DNA from: Craspedostauros australis
Taxonomy: Eukaryota
NCBI GenBank assembly: GCA_030167865.1
Contig: JALAGF010003307.1
Span: 1 to 64,000 of the forward strand
DNA length: 64,000 nt
Direction: 5' to 3'
The position numbers and the translations under genes are program-made. Under the pieces are notes generated by a model. The model had not been told where the DNA came from. It saw only the letters and a program-made list of their open reading frames with translations, and made no database searches. Below, in pieces: positions 36,243 to 49,169 of the stretch (the stretch's first letter is position 1; each line of letters opens with the position of its first letter).

Positions 36243-39149
36243 ATGAAACGGATGCCGCTGCATCGTTGCAACGACTTTGCAACGCCACAGCCGATCGGCG
36301 TCACGGACAGCGAGATCGCGACACGATGCGTCGTGACCACATCGCAAATCGCGTGCTCCACCAACAATGGCAGTCGCAACACAGTGCCAACAGATCCCCA
36401 TGTTGCCAGCACCACCTCGATATCGTTGTTTCGTCGTCTGGGTGCCAAGGATGGAGATCGGGTGCTGCTGCGAAAGGGCAATCAACGCGTGGTGATTCCG
36501 TTGAAGCTGATAGATGTGGAGGATGGCAAGGCATGGGTAGATCATGATGAAAACGATTTGATTGAGATCTCGCCTCTGACAGCGGCGAACTTGGGATTTG
36601 GTTGGTTGTGCGACATCGCCGGTGAAAAGGAGGAAAGAGATGGCAGACGCACTGGCGTACATCGAATGGATGGCTGTGGTGTCATCGACGACGACACAGC
36701 TTGCCACAATCTCGGCAAAGACAGGAGAAGAAGAAGCAGCGCTCAATGCTACATCCAGCTTCACAGGTTGGAACCAACCGAAGCAAGTCGCGTTATGCTC
36801 CGGCCCCTTGGCTCTCCTCATGACGATGATCATGATGATGCTGCTGTTGCTACTTCCGATGCCGCTGCTCGGCGTCCTTCTGGGAGCCAGGTTGAAGATG
36901 ATGACAGTTGGGCCTTGCCCTGCCGCGGCAGATTGATTCAGAAGACACCATCACATATGATATCTGTGTACAGCTCCAGTGGCAACAGGATCTTTTTCTA
37001 CGAAGTCCTGCAGTGCGAACCGCCGCCAACCAGCGTGTCAGAGCAAAGTCAAAGCCGAAGCGAAAGCAAAGACCAAACGCATCTATCGATACCGTTGTAC
37101 ATCGTGACGAAGTACACGAGCATCGAGCTTGACTTGTCGCCGTTGCCCAAATCTCAACGTGTACTGCGACTGCCACCGCTACGATCACTTCAGACGTATT
37201 GCGAATCCATGACGCATGCAACAACGGCACCTGCAGCGCAAAAGCCAAACAGACATCGCCACAACCAGAACTCCCTGCCACTCTCAGTGTCATCCTCACC
37301 GTCGCCGTACCCCAACCATGAGCAGATTGTCAGCCGTCTCATGTTCCATTCCGGAAACGCGCCCCGGGATTGTGTCTTTCATGTCTTGGGATCGCAGAGT
37401 CAGCATGGAGCAGCGCATTGTATCCAGCTGGCAGCACACGCGGCGGGAATGCGATGCATCACCGTTCGATCGTTGTGCACCTTCGCACTGCGCCATCATC
37501 AGGGAGATTACACTCCCACAACGGGTGCGTTGCGAGACCAGCTCAATGGTCTCGAGATTGTATTAGATTATATACGCAAGAAGCGCATGGAGCCTTGTGT
37601 GCTGCATCTGCAAGAGTTCGATCATCAACTCGAATGGTGCGGCGACGAACAAGAGCGGGAGGATGCGGAGGGGCGATTTTGGTCTGTCATCACGGAGGCG
37701 CTGGCATCGTACGGAATGCCTCCAGTGACCGACATGCAGTCCGTGACCAACAAAGCTGGCAGGGGTGCCGCAATCAGCAACAAATTACATGCTCCCCCGA
37801 AGTGCAGCACATGCCATCCATTGACGGTGATACTCTCCACAGTACGGCCATTGCAGAATGGACCAATGCTTCAGGGCATGTCACAGCCATCCATCTCTCT
37901 GGATGCACCTGGAATGGACTACATCAAATTCGTGTGGGGAACCAATGCGGTGCACAGCGACGACTTTTATCGCAAGTGCGTCGGCAAGAACGTTGATGAT
38001 TTGGCATGGATAAGGAGGAGGTTTGGACTCTTGAGGGAGGAGACGAAGGGCAAATCATCAACGTTGCGTCATCAAAGAAACAGCGACAGCGCAAACAGCC
38101 AAGATGCTTCGGAGGACGATGCCATCGCGGTGTTGGATGATTGCATCAGAGAATTGCAATCGCGTCGTCGCGCAGCAACTTCGGCATCCTCGAAGGTGTC
38201 CAACGTCCGATGGGATGACATTGGAGGCATGCTAGAGGTTCGACAGCAGATTAGAGACATCATCGATCTTCCGCTCCAACACCCGCGATTGTTCCCACCG
38301 ATGAAGTCATCTGCAGGGATTCTGCTGTACGGGCCGCCTGGGACTGGCAAGACTCTCGTGGCCAAGGCGGTGGCGACCGAATGTAAGCTTCCATTCGTCT
38401 CCGTGAAGGGCCCGGAGCTCTTGGGAAGCTACGTCGGCGAAACCGAATCCAACATCAGAGCCATCTTCGCATCCGCGCACAGAACGGCAATCCAAAACGC
38501 ATGCAAGGCCGCCATTCTCTTTTTTGATGAGCTCGATAGTCTGGCACCCAAACGAGGATTTGCTGGCGACGGCGGCGGCGTCATGGACCGAGTTGTGGCG
38601 GCGCTGTTCACAGAGATCGACAAGGAGCGCAAGGACCAATGCATCATCATCATGATCGGGGCAACCAACCGGCCGGATCTTCTCGATCCAGGATTACTCC
38701 GACGAATGAATCGGATGGTGTATCTAGGCGTTGTCGATGACATCAACAAGCGGGCATCGGTTCTGCAAGCCCAGCTCCGCAAGCTCACTCTGGATGAAGA
38801 CGCGGCGGAGGTTGCAAAGCAGGTCGCTACGCGTGCCCCGGCAAACTTCACGGGCGCGGACTTCTCGGCAGTCGTGTCGGCAGCATTGTCGGTGGCAATT
38901 CAACGTGTATGCTGCAAGGCAGAATCGGACGCATCCCAAGCAAACATCCCGGTGCAGGATGTCATCTCGAGCTGGCCTCGCGAGGCGAGATCGCCAGTCG
39001 TCACAGCCGCAGACCTGATCCAATCCCTTGATCAAGTCACGCCAAGCGTATCTGATGATGACATGAGGCGGTACGATTCCTTGAGAAAGAAATTCTCAAT
39101 TGCGCAACCGAAGGGTCACCACACCGCGGAATTCCACAGAGAAGAATAG
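36243..39149 (+). CDS. PEX6: peroxisomal AAA+ ATPase PEX6
   Basis: VRWDDIGG, GILLYGPPGTGKTLVAKAVATEC, VKGPELL..YVGE, FFDELDSLAPKRG, GGVMDRVV, ATNRPDLLDP, FTGADF. Degenerate D1 domain upstream. Start uncertain. Confidence 0.9.
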   Translation: MKRMPLHRCNDFATPQPIGVTDSEIATRCVVTTSQIACSTNNGSRNTVPTDPHVASTTSISLFRRLGAKDGDRVLLRKGNQRVVIPLKLIDVEDGKAWVDHDENDLIEISPLTAANLGFGWLCDIAGEKEERDGRRTGVHRMDGCGVIDDDTACHNLGKDRRRRSSAQCYIQLHRLEPTEASRVMLRPLGSPHDDDHDDAAVATSDAAARRPSGSQVEDDDSWALPCRGRLIQKTPSHMISVYSSSGNRIFFYEVLQCEPPPTSVSEQSQSRSESKDQTHLSIPLYIVTKYTSIELDLSPLPKSQRVLRLPPLRSLQTYCESMTHATTAPAAQKPNRHRHNQNSLPLSVSSSPSPYPNHEQIVSRLMFHSGNAPRDCVFHVLGSQSQHGAAHCIQLAAHAAGMRCITVRSLCTFALRHHQGDYTPTTGALRDQLNGLEIVLDYIRKKRMEPCVLHLQEFDHQLEWCGDEQEREDAEGRFWSVITEALASYGMPPVTDMQSVTNKAGRGAAISNKLHAPPKCSTCHPLTVILSTVRPLQNGPMLQGMSQPSISLDAPGMDYIKFVWGTNAVHSDDFYRKCVGKNVDDLAWIRRRFGLLREETKGKSSTLRHQRNSDSANSQDASEDDAIAVLDDCIRELQSRRRAATSASSKVSNVRWDDIGGMLEVRQQIRDIIDLPLQHPRLFPPMKSSAGILLYGPPGTGKTLVAKAVATECKLPFVSVKGPELLGSYVGETESNIRAIFASAHRTAIQNACKAAILFFDELDSLAPKRGFAGDGGGVMDRVVAALFTEIDKERKDQCIIIMIGATNRPDLLDPGLLRRMNRMVYLGVVDDINKRASVLQAQLRKLTLDEDAAEVAKQVATRAPANFTGADFSAVVSAALSVAIQRVCCKAESDASQANIPVQDVISSWPREARSPVVTAADLIQSLDQVTPSVSDDDMRRYDSLRKKFSIAQPKGHHTAEFHREE

Positions 39150-39622
39150 TATAGCATCACTTGCGCTTCGATGCAGTTGGATGGATGCACTCTGCCTTCA
39201 ACAATGTCTGGTTGGGACCGCACAAAGAGGCATTGATTGTCGCACGCATCAACCCGAAACGAAGGGAACCGAACCGCAAAGTCTCCCGAAACATCCGGCT
39301 GCACACCCGCAGCATGTACGGAGTGGTCAGTGATTTGGATACCAGTGCCGTACGAGCTACGCATAGCAGAATGCATCAAAGTATTGGTAGACTAGTCCTC
39401 TCTAATCGTAGAGAGCAAGCAGAGGACTCCACTACGACTACTCGCACACTCCATGTTATTTCAACAAACAGATTCAGCCGTGAAGAAGCAGAAGGGGATT
39501 GTAGAGTAGGTCATTCAGACATGAGTACGTACTCATAGCACTGCCGTGCTTCTTTTGCGGAGTGTCCTCCATGGAGTACGACCTACTTCGCTTTCGAGGA
39601 TGATTCAGCTTAAATTTCAGCC

Positions 39623-42600
39623 TCAAATCTCTCCAACCTCGGATGTTGCCGCATACGAACGCCTCGAGCGCTGCCGCGAGGATTGGCGATACTTTCGAAT
39701 GTCCTTCCAAAATGGATTGTCCAGAACCTCGTCCATGCTGCCCGGGCGACTTGAAGCCGCTGGCAATAAGCATGAAGCAATGAGATCCGCACCGCTCTCT
39801 GGAATTCCAACGTCCAGCAGGTCTTCAAACACCATCCTGAGGTTGTCTTCGTTCCACTCCATGAGCTCCAGCAGTCCAACCACATCGTTGGACGGATTGC
39901 GGATATCGTCAAAATCCACCAAGTTCTTCCCGACGAAGACTTCGTAGGCAAGCTTGCCGAAGCCCCAAACGTCGATCGAAGGGCTGACTTCGTTCTGCTG
40001 AGTTATGGCCACAGGGATGGAATCCGTGTCGACGACAACGCCGGAATCAACCTCGCCGATCGCTTCCGGCGGGATCGCCGTTCCACCCATGTGCACGAAG
40101 GTAGATCCAACCTGCTGCACTTCAAGTCTGCCCATCAGCTTCCAGCCATCGTCGAACTTTCCGCACTTCTCTGCGCACAAATCTCCGTGGACCACTCCGT
40201 TGGAGTGCAGATGCCGAAGTGATTTGGCAATCAAGCGCAACACGGCGGCGACCTTTGCGGAGTACTTGTTCCTCAGACTTTGGTCTTGCTGATAGGCGCT
40301 GTTGGTCATCATGCCGCTTACAACCCCATCAAGTGTCAATGTGGGCCGTTCCAAAGACATGCAGTACTGGGAAGGTCGACCCGAGAGATGATCCGGGTTT
40401 TCGTTGACGGTGAACGTGAGGACCTCCTCCACGAACGTAGAGTCCAGCTGGACCATGTTCATTGATTGCGTCTGCGCATCCATGTACGTGCACGTACACG
40501 TGTATGTTTAGATGTTCGTGGCCACGATAGTGGTTGTGATCGCGACCACGGTGGCAATGTTCACCATAACCGTCACCACGACCATCGTCATCAACAGCGA
40601 CGGCGAGAGGAAAAGGTAATAACAGTAGCAACGAGACAATGTGAGTTTGACATGCTGCTCGGCAACCGCCTGATGTAAAGCAGTCCATGCCCCTGGGAGC
40701 GTCAATTAAACTCAACAAGGTACCATACATGCATATCATTTGCAGATATGCCAACACTGCCACGTACCTTCTCAATGAATGGTTGCTGCTGAGAATAGCA
40801 GCTCAACAGGACCCGTTTGCCTTCGTTGTGCATGTCATCATCCGATGCGCCAAAGTCAAGCGCATCAAATATCTTCAGTCCGGACGTTGGATCCGACGCG
40901 ATGGCGGAAGAACCGATGAATTCAAACCGACCGACGAAGCGCAGTGACATGCTGAGGACTTCATGGCAGAGAGGTGTTGCCCTCGAGATCGCGGAGTGCT
41001 TGTCAGTTGCGGGCCCACCCTTCAAGAAGCAGAGCTGGCGTGCTTGTTCGTAGGTGCACATCGCGATGACGTGTTTGACTATTTCGACGTAATGATCGTC
41101 GCATTCGCACGTGAGGAACCACCAACTCTGTCCAAAATTACGCCGTGCAGCTGAGGGTGCTGCGCTGGGATTTTCGATCTCGAATGGCAAATCGACGAGC
41201 ACGATGGCGAGGATGACTTCGGCCGGGAGCATCGTCATGCACGCATATTCAATCGGGAGGATCCCTAGAGCATTACGGCAGCTTGCTGCCTTCGGGGCCA
41301 CCTTCAGCACAGACAGGGCAGCTGGTGGGTTGGCGTAGTCCTTGCTGAGAAGGAGGTGCAGCGCATTATTTTGATCAGCGTCCTCGATCAGCGCCGCGTG
41401 TGCGCCTCCTGGCCCGCCGGCGATGGCCTCGATGATCTTCCAGTCAGCCTTGACGAGGATGGCAGAAAGGAGCGGCGTTTCACCCGCATTGTTCTTCACC
41501 ATCGTACAATGCACTAACGAGTCGTCATCCTCCATCGCAGAATCGGTCTCCCGCTGTGTGGACATGGTGGCCACGGAGTCCAAGTCGTTGATGTCCTCGA
41601 ACTTCACCTTGCTGTAGAAACGCACACCGTAAGGGTCCTTCATCTGTCTGTCCGCCTCGTCGAGCAGCAGGTAGACGATATCAACGCCGACGGAACCATC
41701 CAGGCAAGATGCGGCGATGTGCAGGGGCAGATTGCCGTCGTTGTCTGCGATGGCAACAGCGTTGCGGAAGAACCGAAGAACTGTCCTGATGACATCCGTG
41801 GAATCCGGGATGGTCGCTTCATCAGGTTCGATTCCATCCGATTGTCTCTGGAGTCGACGTTGCGTGACTTCGTGGATCGTGGCGATAGCAAAGTGCAGCG
41901 GGAGCATTCCGTCTTCGTTCCGAACCGATGCGCCGCTTTGGAATGCCTCCCCCAGCAGCTTGATCATGGCTAGGTTGCCAGCGGCAGAGCACAGGTGAAG
42001 TGGGACGTTGCCATCTTGATCGAACTTGTGCACAGCCGATGGAAACAACTCCAGCAATGCCTCGTTGATTTCGTCAGGGCATTGCGGAGACTCGGCACCG
42101 TAGAAGGCCACCTTGTGCAGCAGGTACTGGTTCGTTGTGATCTCCGTCATCTCCGCAAGCCACGGGTTCGCGTTCAGCAGGTGCAGCACGAGGTCCCAAT
42201 TCCTGGCTTCGATTGCCTGTATGGCTTGTTGGAGCCGCTTGTTCAGCAGCGTCGGGGACAGCATTAGGTTGCCGAGCATTCTGGGATTGACGAAGTTGCT
42301 GCTGGCATCGGACATGGCGCCATCGGTATCGATGATGGACCCGGCCCTCCCAGCATTCAGCCGATCCCGAGCATCCTTGAATTTTGAGTAGGACGCCGAT
42401 GATACGCTCATGTCAAACGTCGATTGACCGTCCCCCACGCTCTGCCGTGAGGACTGGGCCTGTCGTTCCGGCGATGAACGTTGTAAGCCCTGCATCATCT
42501 GCCGGAAGCCAGGGAGCACGCGGAAGGAGGACATCGACGACGAGTCGTCCGTCATGCCAGACTCCCTGCGAGCATCTTGCGATTTCCGAAACGCCCTCAC

Positions 42601-45339
42601 TGTACCGAGATCGGTGTCATGATCATCCCCGTGCTTGGAGTCCAACGATGGCCGTGCCTTGGAGAAGAAGTCCCCGACTCGGCCAGACATTCTCGCGACT
42701 CGAGCCTTGAGATCGGGGGCGGGTTTTCCCGTTGACATGCTGCCCTCCTGGTTGTCTACCGCCGCCGTGTCTGCAGCAGTTTCGTTCTTTGTCGTGGACT
42801 CAGAGATTGGGTTAAGATTCGTCGTTTGGTTCAAACCAGAGATGGCGCTCTCGACGCTCTTCTTTCCAACGCTCCACAATGCGGATAGCACCAAGCCGCC
42901 AGAGACGTCGGACCTCGCATCGTTGTGATCAACAACCTCCTTCGATGTGTGTGGTCCACGTTCCTGCGCGTGCTTGGAGTCTTCATCCCCTTTTCCGGTG
43001 TCCAGACTGCTCGTGCCATCCGCGCGACTCGCTGTGCGAGACTTGCTAACATCCTGTGTTGGAGATTCATCACCAGCATGAGACATATTCGCGTTGGCAC
43101 CAAGGCTCGTACGCTGGTGCTGAGTCTGTTGCTCTTCTATGCTACGTGGCATTCGTGACGACGACGACAGTGACGACGATGATGATGCTCTGCCATTTCT
43201 GGTAGAGACCGGACCGGACGAGGCATTCATATCTTCGATGGTGTTTGCTGAGGAGTCTCTTTCGTATTCTTCATGGCAACACAGGCAGATGGATGTCACT
43301 GCGCCATTCGCCTCCATCTCCATCTCACCGCCCACAGCACCGTCATGCCGCTGTGCATTCCGTCGCATTTGCTGCCGTTGTTGTCGCTGCTGTCGAAGAT
43401 GCTCCATCTCGCCGACGCTGTACCCGGCCTCCTGCGTCGTCATTTCCCAACACGACACGCACAGTGCCTCGTCCGTTCCATCGAACTGGGCTCTGTTTGC
43501 GGAGGTGGCAAAATTTCGTTGCGTCATTTGCATGTACTGCTCTCGCAGTCTGTGGATCTTGCCTTCGTCAATAATCTCGGTCGTACCTGCCGTGAGCATG
43601 CCACCGTTGCGTGAGTCCTTTGCATCGTCTCCAATCTCTGTACTGGAGGCATTGTTTGCTCTGTTTGCGACGCTTGCGCCGATTTGTTGATTCGAAGTTC
43701 CGCCGGCTGTTGCTCTTTTGAACTTGTCCATCAGCAATTCCTTGCGCGCCTTGGTCATGCTGCGAGTTGCAGCATGCAGTTTGCCAACTCCAAGGCCATC
43801 ACCTTGGCCCACAGCGTGTCCACTTTCGTCCTTCGCACTATGCGCGTCAGCGTGTGAAGTATCGCCGTTGGCATCATCGATGACGTCACTGGGTATGCGA
43901 CTGTCACAGCTCCTGCTTGGGTTACCCTGAGTGTCTTCAGTGATGCTGCTGCTATGGACATCGGCGGCTTGCTTTTGTCCTGGAAGGAAATATCGCAATC
44001 GCATTTTGGGTGTGGGGCGTGCGCTGGACCCAGGATGGGTAGGGTCCATTTCGAAGGATGCGGATTGAGTGACAAGCTGCTGCTGCACAGCATCCACGAG
44101 CTGATCGAATGTGATGCGCTGCGAATCGATGTGCGCGGGATGCGATGCTGAGCCCGGATAGCTTTGCTGCTGCATCTCACCGTCGCCATACAGGTCGCCA
44201 GAGACACCGCCAGCAAGCTGATCGAGGCCAAGATGGTGTTGGGCATGACCGAGCGCAAAGTGCGGGTGGTCGCGCAACGCTGTCTTCTTGGGCATGTGAA
44301 TCATCCACGACGCTCCCTGATCCATGGGCCTGAAGACTTGTTCTGAAATATCTCTGCCACGGCCATTGTTCGACCGCAGCTGCTCCATCCCCCAGTGAAC
44401 ATCGTCGTAGTGGAACTTCTCGCTGGCGTCCTTGTGCTCCTGCGTGCGGATCCAGCGCTTTGTGGGTATGGTGATGGAAGGGGATGGTGTGGCAGACAGA
44501 TTCATCATCATGGCATGGCACGCCGCCTGGAACTGATTCCGCAGACGCTTTTTCGTTGCTGTGTTGAGGCCCTTCTTGTACGTCCGAGCACGACGTCTGC
44601 GGGTTGGCTTGGTGAAGATAGATTGCAACAACTTATCATTGTCCATGTCCATGTCCATCTCATTGTCGATGTTTCTATCGATGCTGGTGTTCGTGTCAGC
44701 GTTGACGTTGACGTTGACACCGTTGTGCTCATCGTTGGCGCCGTTCTCACAACGTCGGCGCCGTCTGGAACGTAATGGCGTGTTGGTGGATGGAGTTCCG
44801 TAACTGGATGCGCCACCGTGCACGCCACCATCACGAATGCTGTCACGCACACCACCGCTTGTGGTACCAAGCCGCCTTCCATCGTTGATGCCTTCGCGTT
44901 GGCCGTCGCCTTCCCCTTCGTCCGTGCCAACGCTGTCATCCTCGCTGTCAATGCGATCTTGAAATCCATGCTGCAGGATGAAGTCCCTGCGCTTCTGGTA
45001 ACTGCGCCTTGAGACCCGCAGCAGCGCCCGCCTTCCTCTCGAGACCTTCGGCTTTCTCTCCTTGACTTGGGGCGGCAGGGATTCTGCTCCGCTCGTTGCG
45101 TTGCCATCCTCAGGCAGCGCTCCCTCCACATCTTCCGGCGTCGCGGGCGTCTGCCAGAACCCCTGCACCGTCGACCGGACTTGCGTCGCTCTGCGCTTGT
45201 GATGGAACTGGGCCCATCGCAGCTGCGCTTCTGTCGGCCGCACAACCTCGGAGGGCGATGCAGCCTTGGAGCCTGCGGCAGTCGCGACAGCATTCGCCAT
45301 CGATGGACCTGCGCCGATAGATCTTGGTGCAACAGTCAT
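39623..45339 (-). CDS. ankyrin-repeat protein with C-terminal degenerate protein-kinase domain; exons 45339-40768 and 40471-39623
   Basis: Ankyrin motifs DGNVPLHL, DGMLPLHF, DGNLPLHI, GETPLL. Kinase-like LHSNGVVHGDL..IPPE..IDVWGFG..RP. Phase-0 intron AAG|GTACGT...GCGCAG|ACG. Confidence 0.8.
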
Positions 45340-46841
45340 CTTCGGTTCAACTGATGACCTCCGACAATCGACAGTCAACCGCTGTGCTGCTTGTTGATTC
45401 TGTCTTGGTTCTGTGTTGATGTGGTGGTACCACCGATACTTGTAAGGATATTGGTAGAGAGAGTGAGTGTCTTCGTGCGCCGTAGTATTCTAATAGGATA
45501 CTATTATGTATCCAACGCCACTTGCAACCGTTTTGAGCAACGTTGCAATGTGCTTGTGCTTGTACTTGTACTTGTACTCTTGTGGATGGATGGGAGGGTA
45601 CTATTCTATTGTACCACACGAGCGGAGAGGCGAAGCAGAAGTGCGGGTGTGTGTGGTGTTTCCTTGCCTCCTTGCCTCCTTGCTTCCTTGCCTCCTTGCC
45701 TCCTTACTTGGCCTCACTCTTTCTTGCTCTCTTGGCTGCCTTTTCTTTGCCTCTTTGAATCACCTCCACCAACGGCGCAAAGCAGGGCGTGTCCTTCGTG
45801 AGGTGTCTCCCACGCAGAAAACGCAGACACCAACAAACGCAAACAATCAAACACACACACACAACGAGGACACGAATCAACCAATGTGTTGCAACCAACG
45901 TCTGCAAAACCGAAAACTTAACGTTCGCTATAACGCCCGCTTCATACAACTGGGACTGGCTGGAGTCGTGCGCCGGCTGCCGCATTCCATCCACCAAAGC
46001 GGCGATTTTGAATTCTGCCTCTCCGACTCTACCTGTAGCTGGACTTACACGTATCTCGGTCTCCGCTCCCCAGTTCACCACAATCTGGCAAACTCCTGGG
46101 GCACATCACCATACTCGTACCAGTATGCATGTTCCTGGTCTATTTGTACCATACTACTATACTCATCGAAACGCATTTGGAGATGCAGATACTATACTCG
46201 TGCCAACAGCTAGAGACAGCAAGAGTGTGTTTGTCGAATACGATGTATGGAATTGTAGGAGAGTCGACGACAAATGCTCTCTCTCTCTCTCTCCAGAGAG
46301 AAGAGAAGAGCAGAGAAGATTCGAATACATTTACTCTGCTCCACCTGTCCGTAGTCTGATGTGTAATAGTCTACGCGCATGATACCATTGGTTCGTATCA
46401 TACAACTTCCGACTCCTTCCCAGAGTCCACAGCAGTCACATCGCAGATTGCTTTGTCAGATTGGGCGAGGGGACATGGATTTCCGATTTGTTTGCGCTGA
46501 AGATTGATGAATTTGCAGCTGCCAATGTTCCTGATCCCAACAAAGTATCGGCACGGTATCGACACGAAGCAATCGATGTTGGACGTGAACCTACGTCCCT
46601 ATGCAAACTCAGCAGGTATGCGAAACAAGCACAGCCCGTGGTATGCCGTGGCGTAGCACCGCACCTGGTTCCTCGCCTCCTTTTCTTGCTTGATTGTATC
46701 TCACTCTTTGCAGCATTCCACCACCAGACATCACAAAATGCCGTCGCACCTACTGTTGTGTTGCTGGCGCACTGGCCTGGAGTGGATGGGAGCGCGACGA
46801 ATGCCGTCGCACTGGACATGCGTGCGCGTGAGGACGAGTGC

Positions 46842-48173
46842 TCAGTGCCGATGAGCGTGGTTCATCTTTCTCGACTTGTCCTGAAGCTCGGACATGATGC
46901 CGCCGCAGGCAAGCGCCATGCCAGACCAACCCATGCTGGAGAGCGTGTGGCCCTTCATGAAGATGGAGAGCAGCACGGAGAAGATCTTTCGCGTCGTGGT
47001 CACCGTTGTGAGAACCAGCGGGTCGAAATGGGCGATCGTAAAGAAGATGAACGATTGGCCGATGGCAGAGCAGGCGATGAACTTGATGATGCTGGACATG
47101 ATCTCGGGGTTGTTCATCAGGTAGGAGGTGGCGGGGCTCCATTCGCCCAGCACGATGGCGACGGAGGCGGCAACGAAGCACATGGAGACGTTGGTCCAGA
47201 ACATGAAGTCGTACGATTTCACCTTCACCCCCGCATCGGCGGTGTCACGTTTCAGGCGCTTTTGGAATCCCGCCGTGATTCCGTCCAGCACGAGCGACAG
47301 GGTGATGTAGCACAGCCCCATCATGGAATCGGAAACCTCCGACGACTTCTTTTTCCCCATGGAGACGATGGCCGTCCCCCCGATGATGGCTGCGACCTGC
47401 AGGTAGTCACGGATATCGTACTGCGCACCGCCAAGCAACGCCGAACCGAACATGACGGGCGCCATCTTGCCGCTCTTTGCCAGCGTCGCGATCGGGAACG
47501 AAAGTCCGTTGGCGAGCGCCAGGCTGGTGCACGCCTTGGCCGTCACCTGCGATGCGCCAGAGATGTAGAACATGCGCAGCGGAATTCCCTTGGTCGGTCC
47601 GTTCACGTGCATGCCAACGAACGCAACGATGACGTTGGCGAACGCTTCGAGCGCCTGCAGGAACCAGGCCTGCTGGAACGTCTCCCCCTCTGCTGACACG
47701 TAGCGGAATACATCCTCCTGCAACGACCCGTAGTATAGGAACACCGCGTAGATCCCTCCTGCGCCAATGAGCAGCTTGAGTCCAGGGGGCATGCCACCGG
47801 CTTGTGCGGCGTGTCCCGTCGGAAGCGGTGAGGGTGACGAGGCCGCTGACAGCGACCCAACGAGCGAGGACGATCCCTTCGTCGGCGTGGATGTCACGCT
47901 CAGCGATCCGGTGCCCGATGCGGATGGCGGCATGCTGTGATGCTGCTGCTGTTGCTGCTGCTGTTGCATCGATGATTTGCCCTGTTGTCTGAACTTGTTG
48001 GCTCCTCCCATTTCCACCTCCAGGCTCGGGTTCGCGGTCGTCATGGTGGCCGTCATGGTCGTAGCCATGGCCGGTCCCGCTGTCGCATCCTTGCTCTGTC
48101 GCATCTCTTCGATCTGGCTGATGGTCATCAAGGGAATCGTCTCCATCCCAAGGCTGTTGCTTGCGTTCATCAT
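46842..48173 (-). CDS. UAA-family nucleotide-sugar transporter, copy B (paralog of 34848-35831) with long S/T/Q-rich N-terminus
   Basis: Same motifs as copy A (KLLIGAGGIY, YYGSLQEDVFRY, ATLAKSGKMAPVM, TVTTTRKIFSVLLSIF). Likely ATG at 48173. Confidence 0.88.
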   Translation of the reverse strand: MMNASNSLGMETIPLMTISQIEEMRQSKDATAGPAMATTMTATMTTANPSLEVEMGGANKFRQQGKSSMQQQQQQQQHHSMPPSASGTGSLSVTSTPTKGSSSLVGSLSAASSPSPLPTGHAAQAGGMPPGLKLLIGAGGIYAVFLYYGSLQEDVFRYVSAEGETFQQAWFLQALEAFANVIVAFVGMHVNGPTKGIPLRMFYISGASQVTAKACTSLALANGLSFPIATLAKSGKMAPVMFGSALLGGAQYDIRDYLQVAAIIGGTAIVSMGKKKSSEVSDSMMGLCYITLSLVLDGITAGFQKRLKRDTADAGVKVKSYDFMFWTNVSMCFVAASVAIVLGEWSPATSYLMNNPEIMSSIIKFIACSAIGQSFIFFTIAHFDPLVLTTVTTTRKIFSVLLSIFMKGHTLSSMGWSGMALACGGIMSELQDKSRKMNHAHRH

Positions 48174-49169
48174 GGTCTGGGATACTCTGTGGAGTATCGT
48201 GGTATATCTGTCGTACGAGGATGCTGGTCGTTGGTGTTGATGTTGTGTGCTCGTATGAAGTTCTGTAGAGATTGAATCGAAGAGAGGAGAGGGGAGCGGA
48301 GCCGAGCGTAAGAGGGTGGAGGAGAGCCGAGCGGAAGTCGATGGTGTCGGTGGTGGTTGTGTTGTCTTGGTTTTTCTTTTTTGGAATCGTGTTGTGTGTT
48401 TGAATTCCCAACGGATAATTTTGCGGCAATTGATACCTCTCCATCTTCTTTGCGTGTGTGACAGCATTGGAATTGTGATTGGCTGCGCTCCTCTCTCTCC
48501 TTGGTACCACAAAGTGCACAAAGGTACTACGATATTTCTGTTCTTTTTCCTCTCCTTTGCGTGACGTTCGAGCTCTTCGTACAAACGGCCGTGGTTGGTG
48601 CGCGCAGAGCGTGATCCACATCCACCACGATCGCGGTTCACACCAGTCAACACCCCAACTCGTCGATGTGATTTGCATGTGTGTCCTGCGCGGGCATGGC
48701 TCGTGACTGGGAGCGAAGCCAAGTCCGACTCAACACAAATCATAAACAACACCAGCCTCGCCAAAAAAACACGAAGGAATTGTACTCGTGTGCGCATTGG
48801 TCCACGCATCATGTTCGAACAGAGAATGCACGATCGTTCATGACCCGATCGAGCTCACTTTATCAGTATCCCAGTGGTAGTTCGTACGCGTATTTCGGTC
48901 ACGCTGTTACTATACCACCCCGCCGTACCCGTGCCTGAGTACGATAATACAATAGGTGGTAAAGTGCGGTACAACAACAGTAAGTCTTACGGTGAACTAG
49001 AGTATGGTTGATTAGATTGAACAAACAGTTAAGGGGTCCGGTGTTGCGTTTGGTGGCGGCTCAAGCAGCGATCGATTGTATGGTTCAATACACAATGATG
49101 ATGTCACGTTGTGGTCCTACCACGAACACCTTGGTGACAGGAAGAGGGGATGTCGGGACATGGAGGTGC

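Noticed and set aside
48174-48812. N-terminal 213 aa of the track ORF for transporter copy B (likewise the extensions 50736-50972, 35988-36242 and 28057-28338)
   Set aside because: UTR-like composition upstream of a more plausible ATG; probably untranslated.
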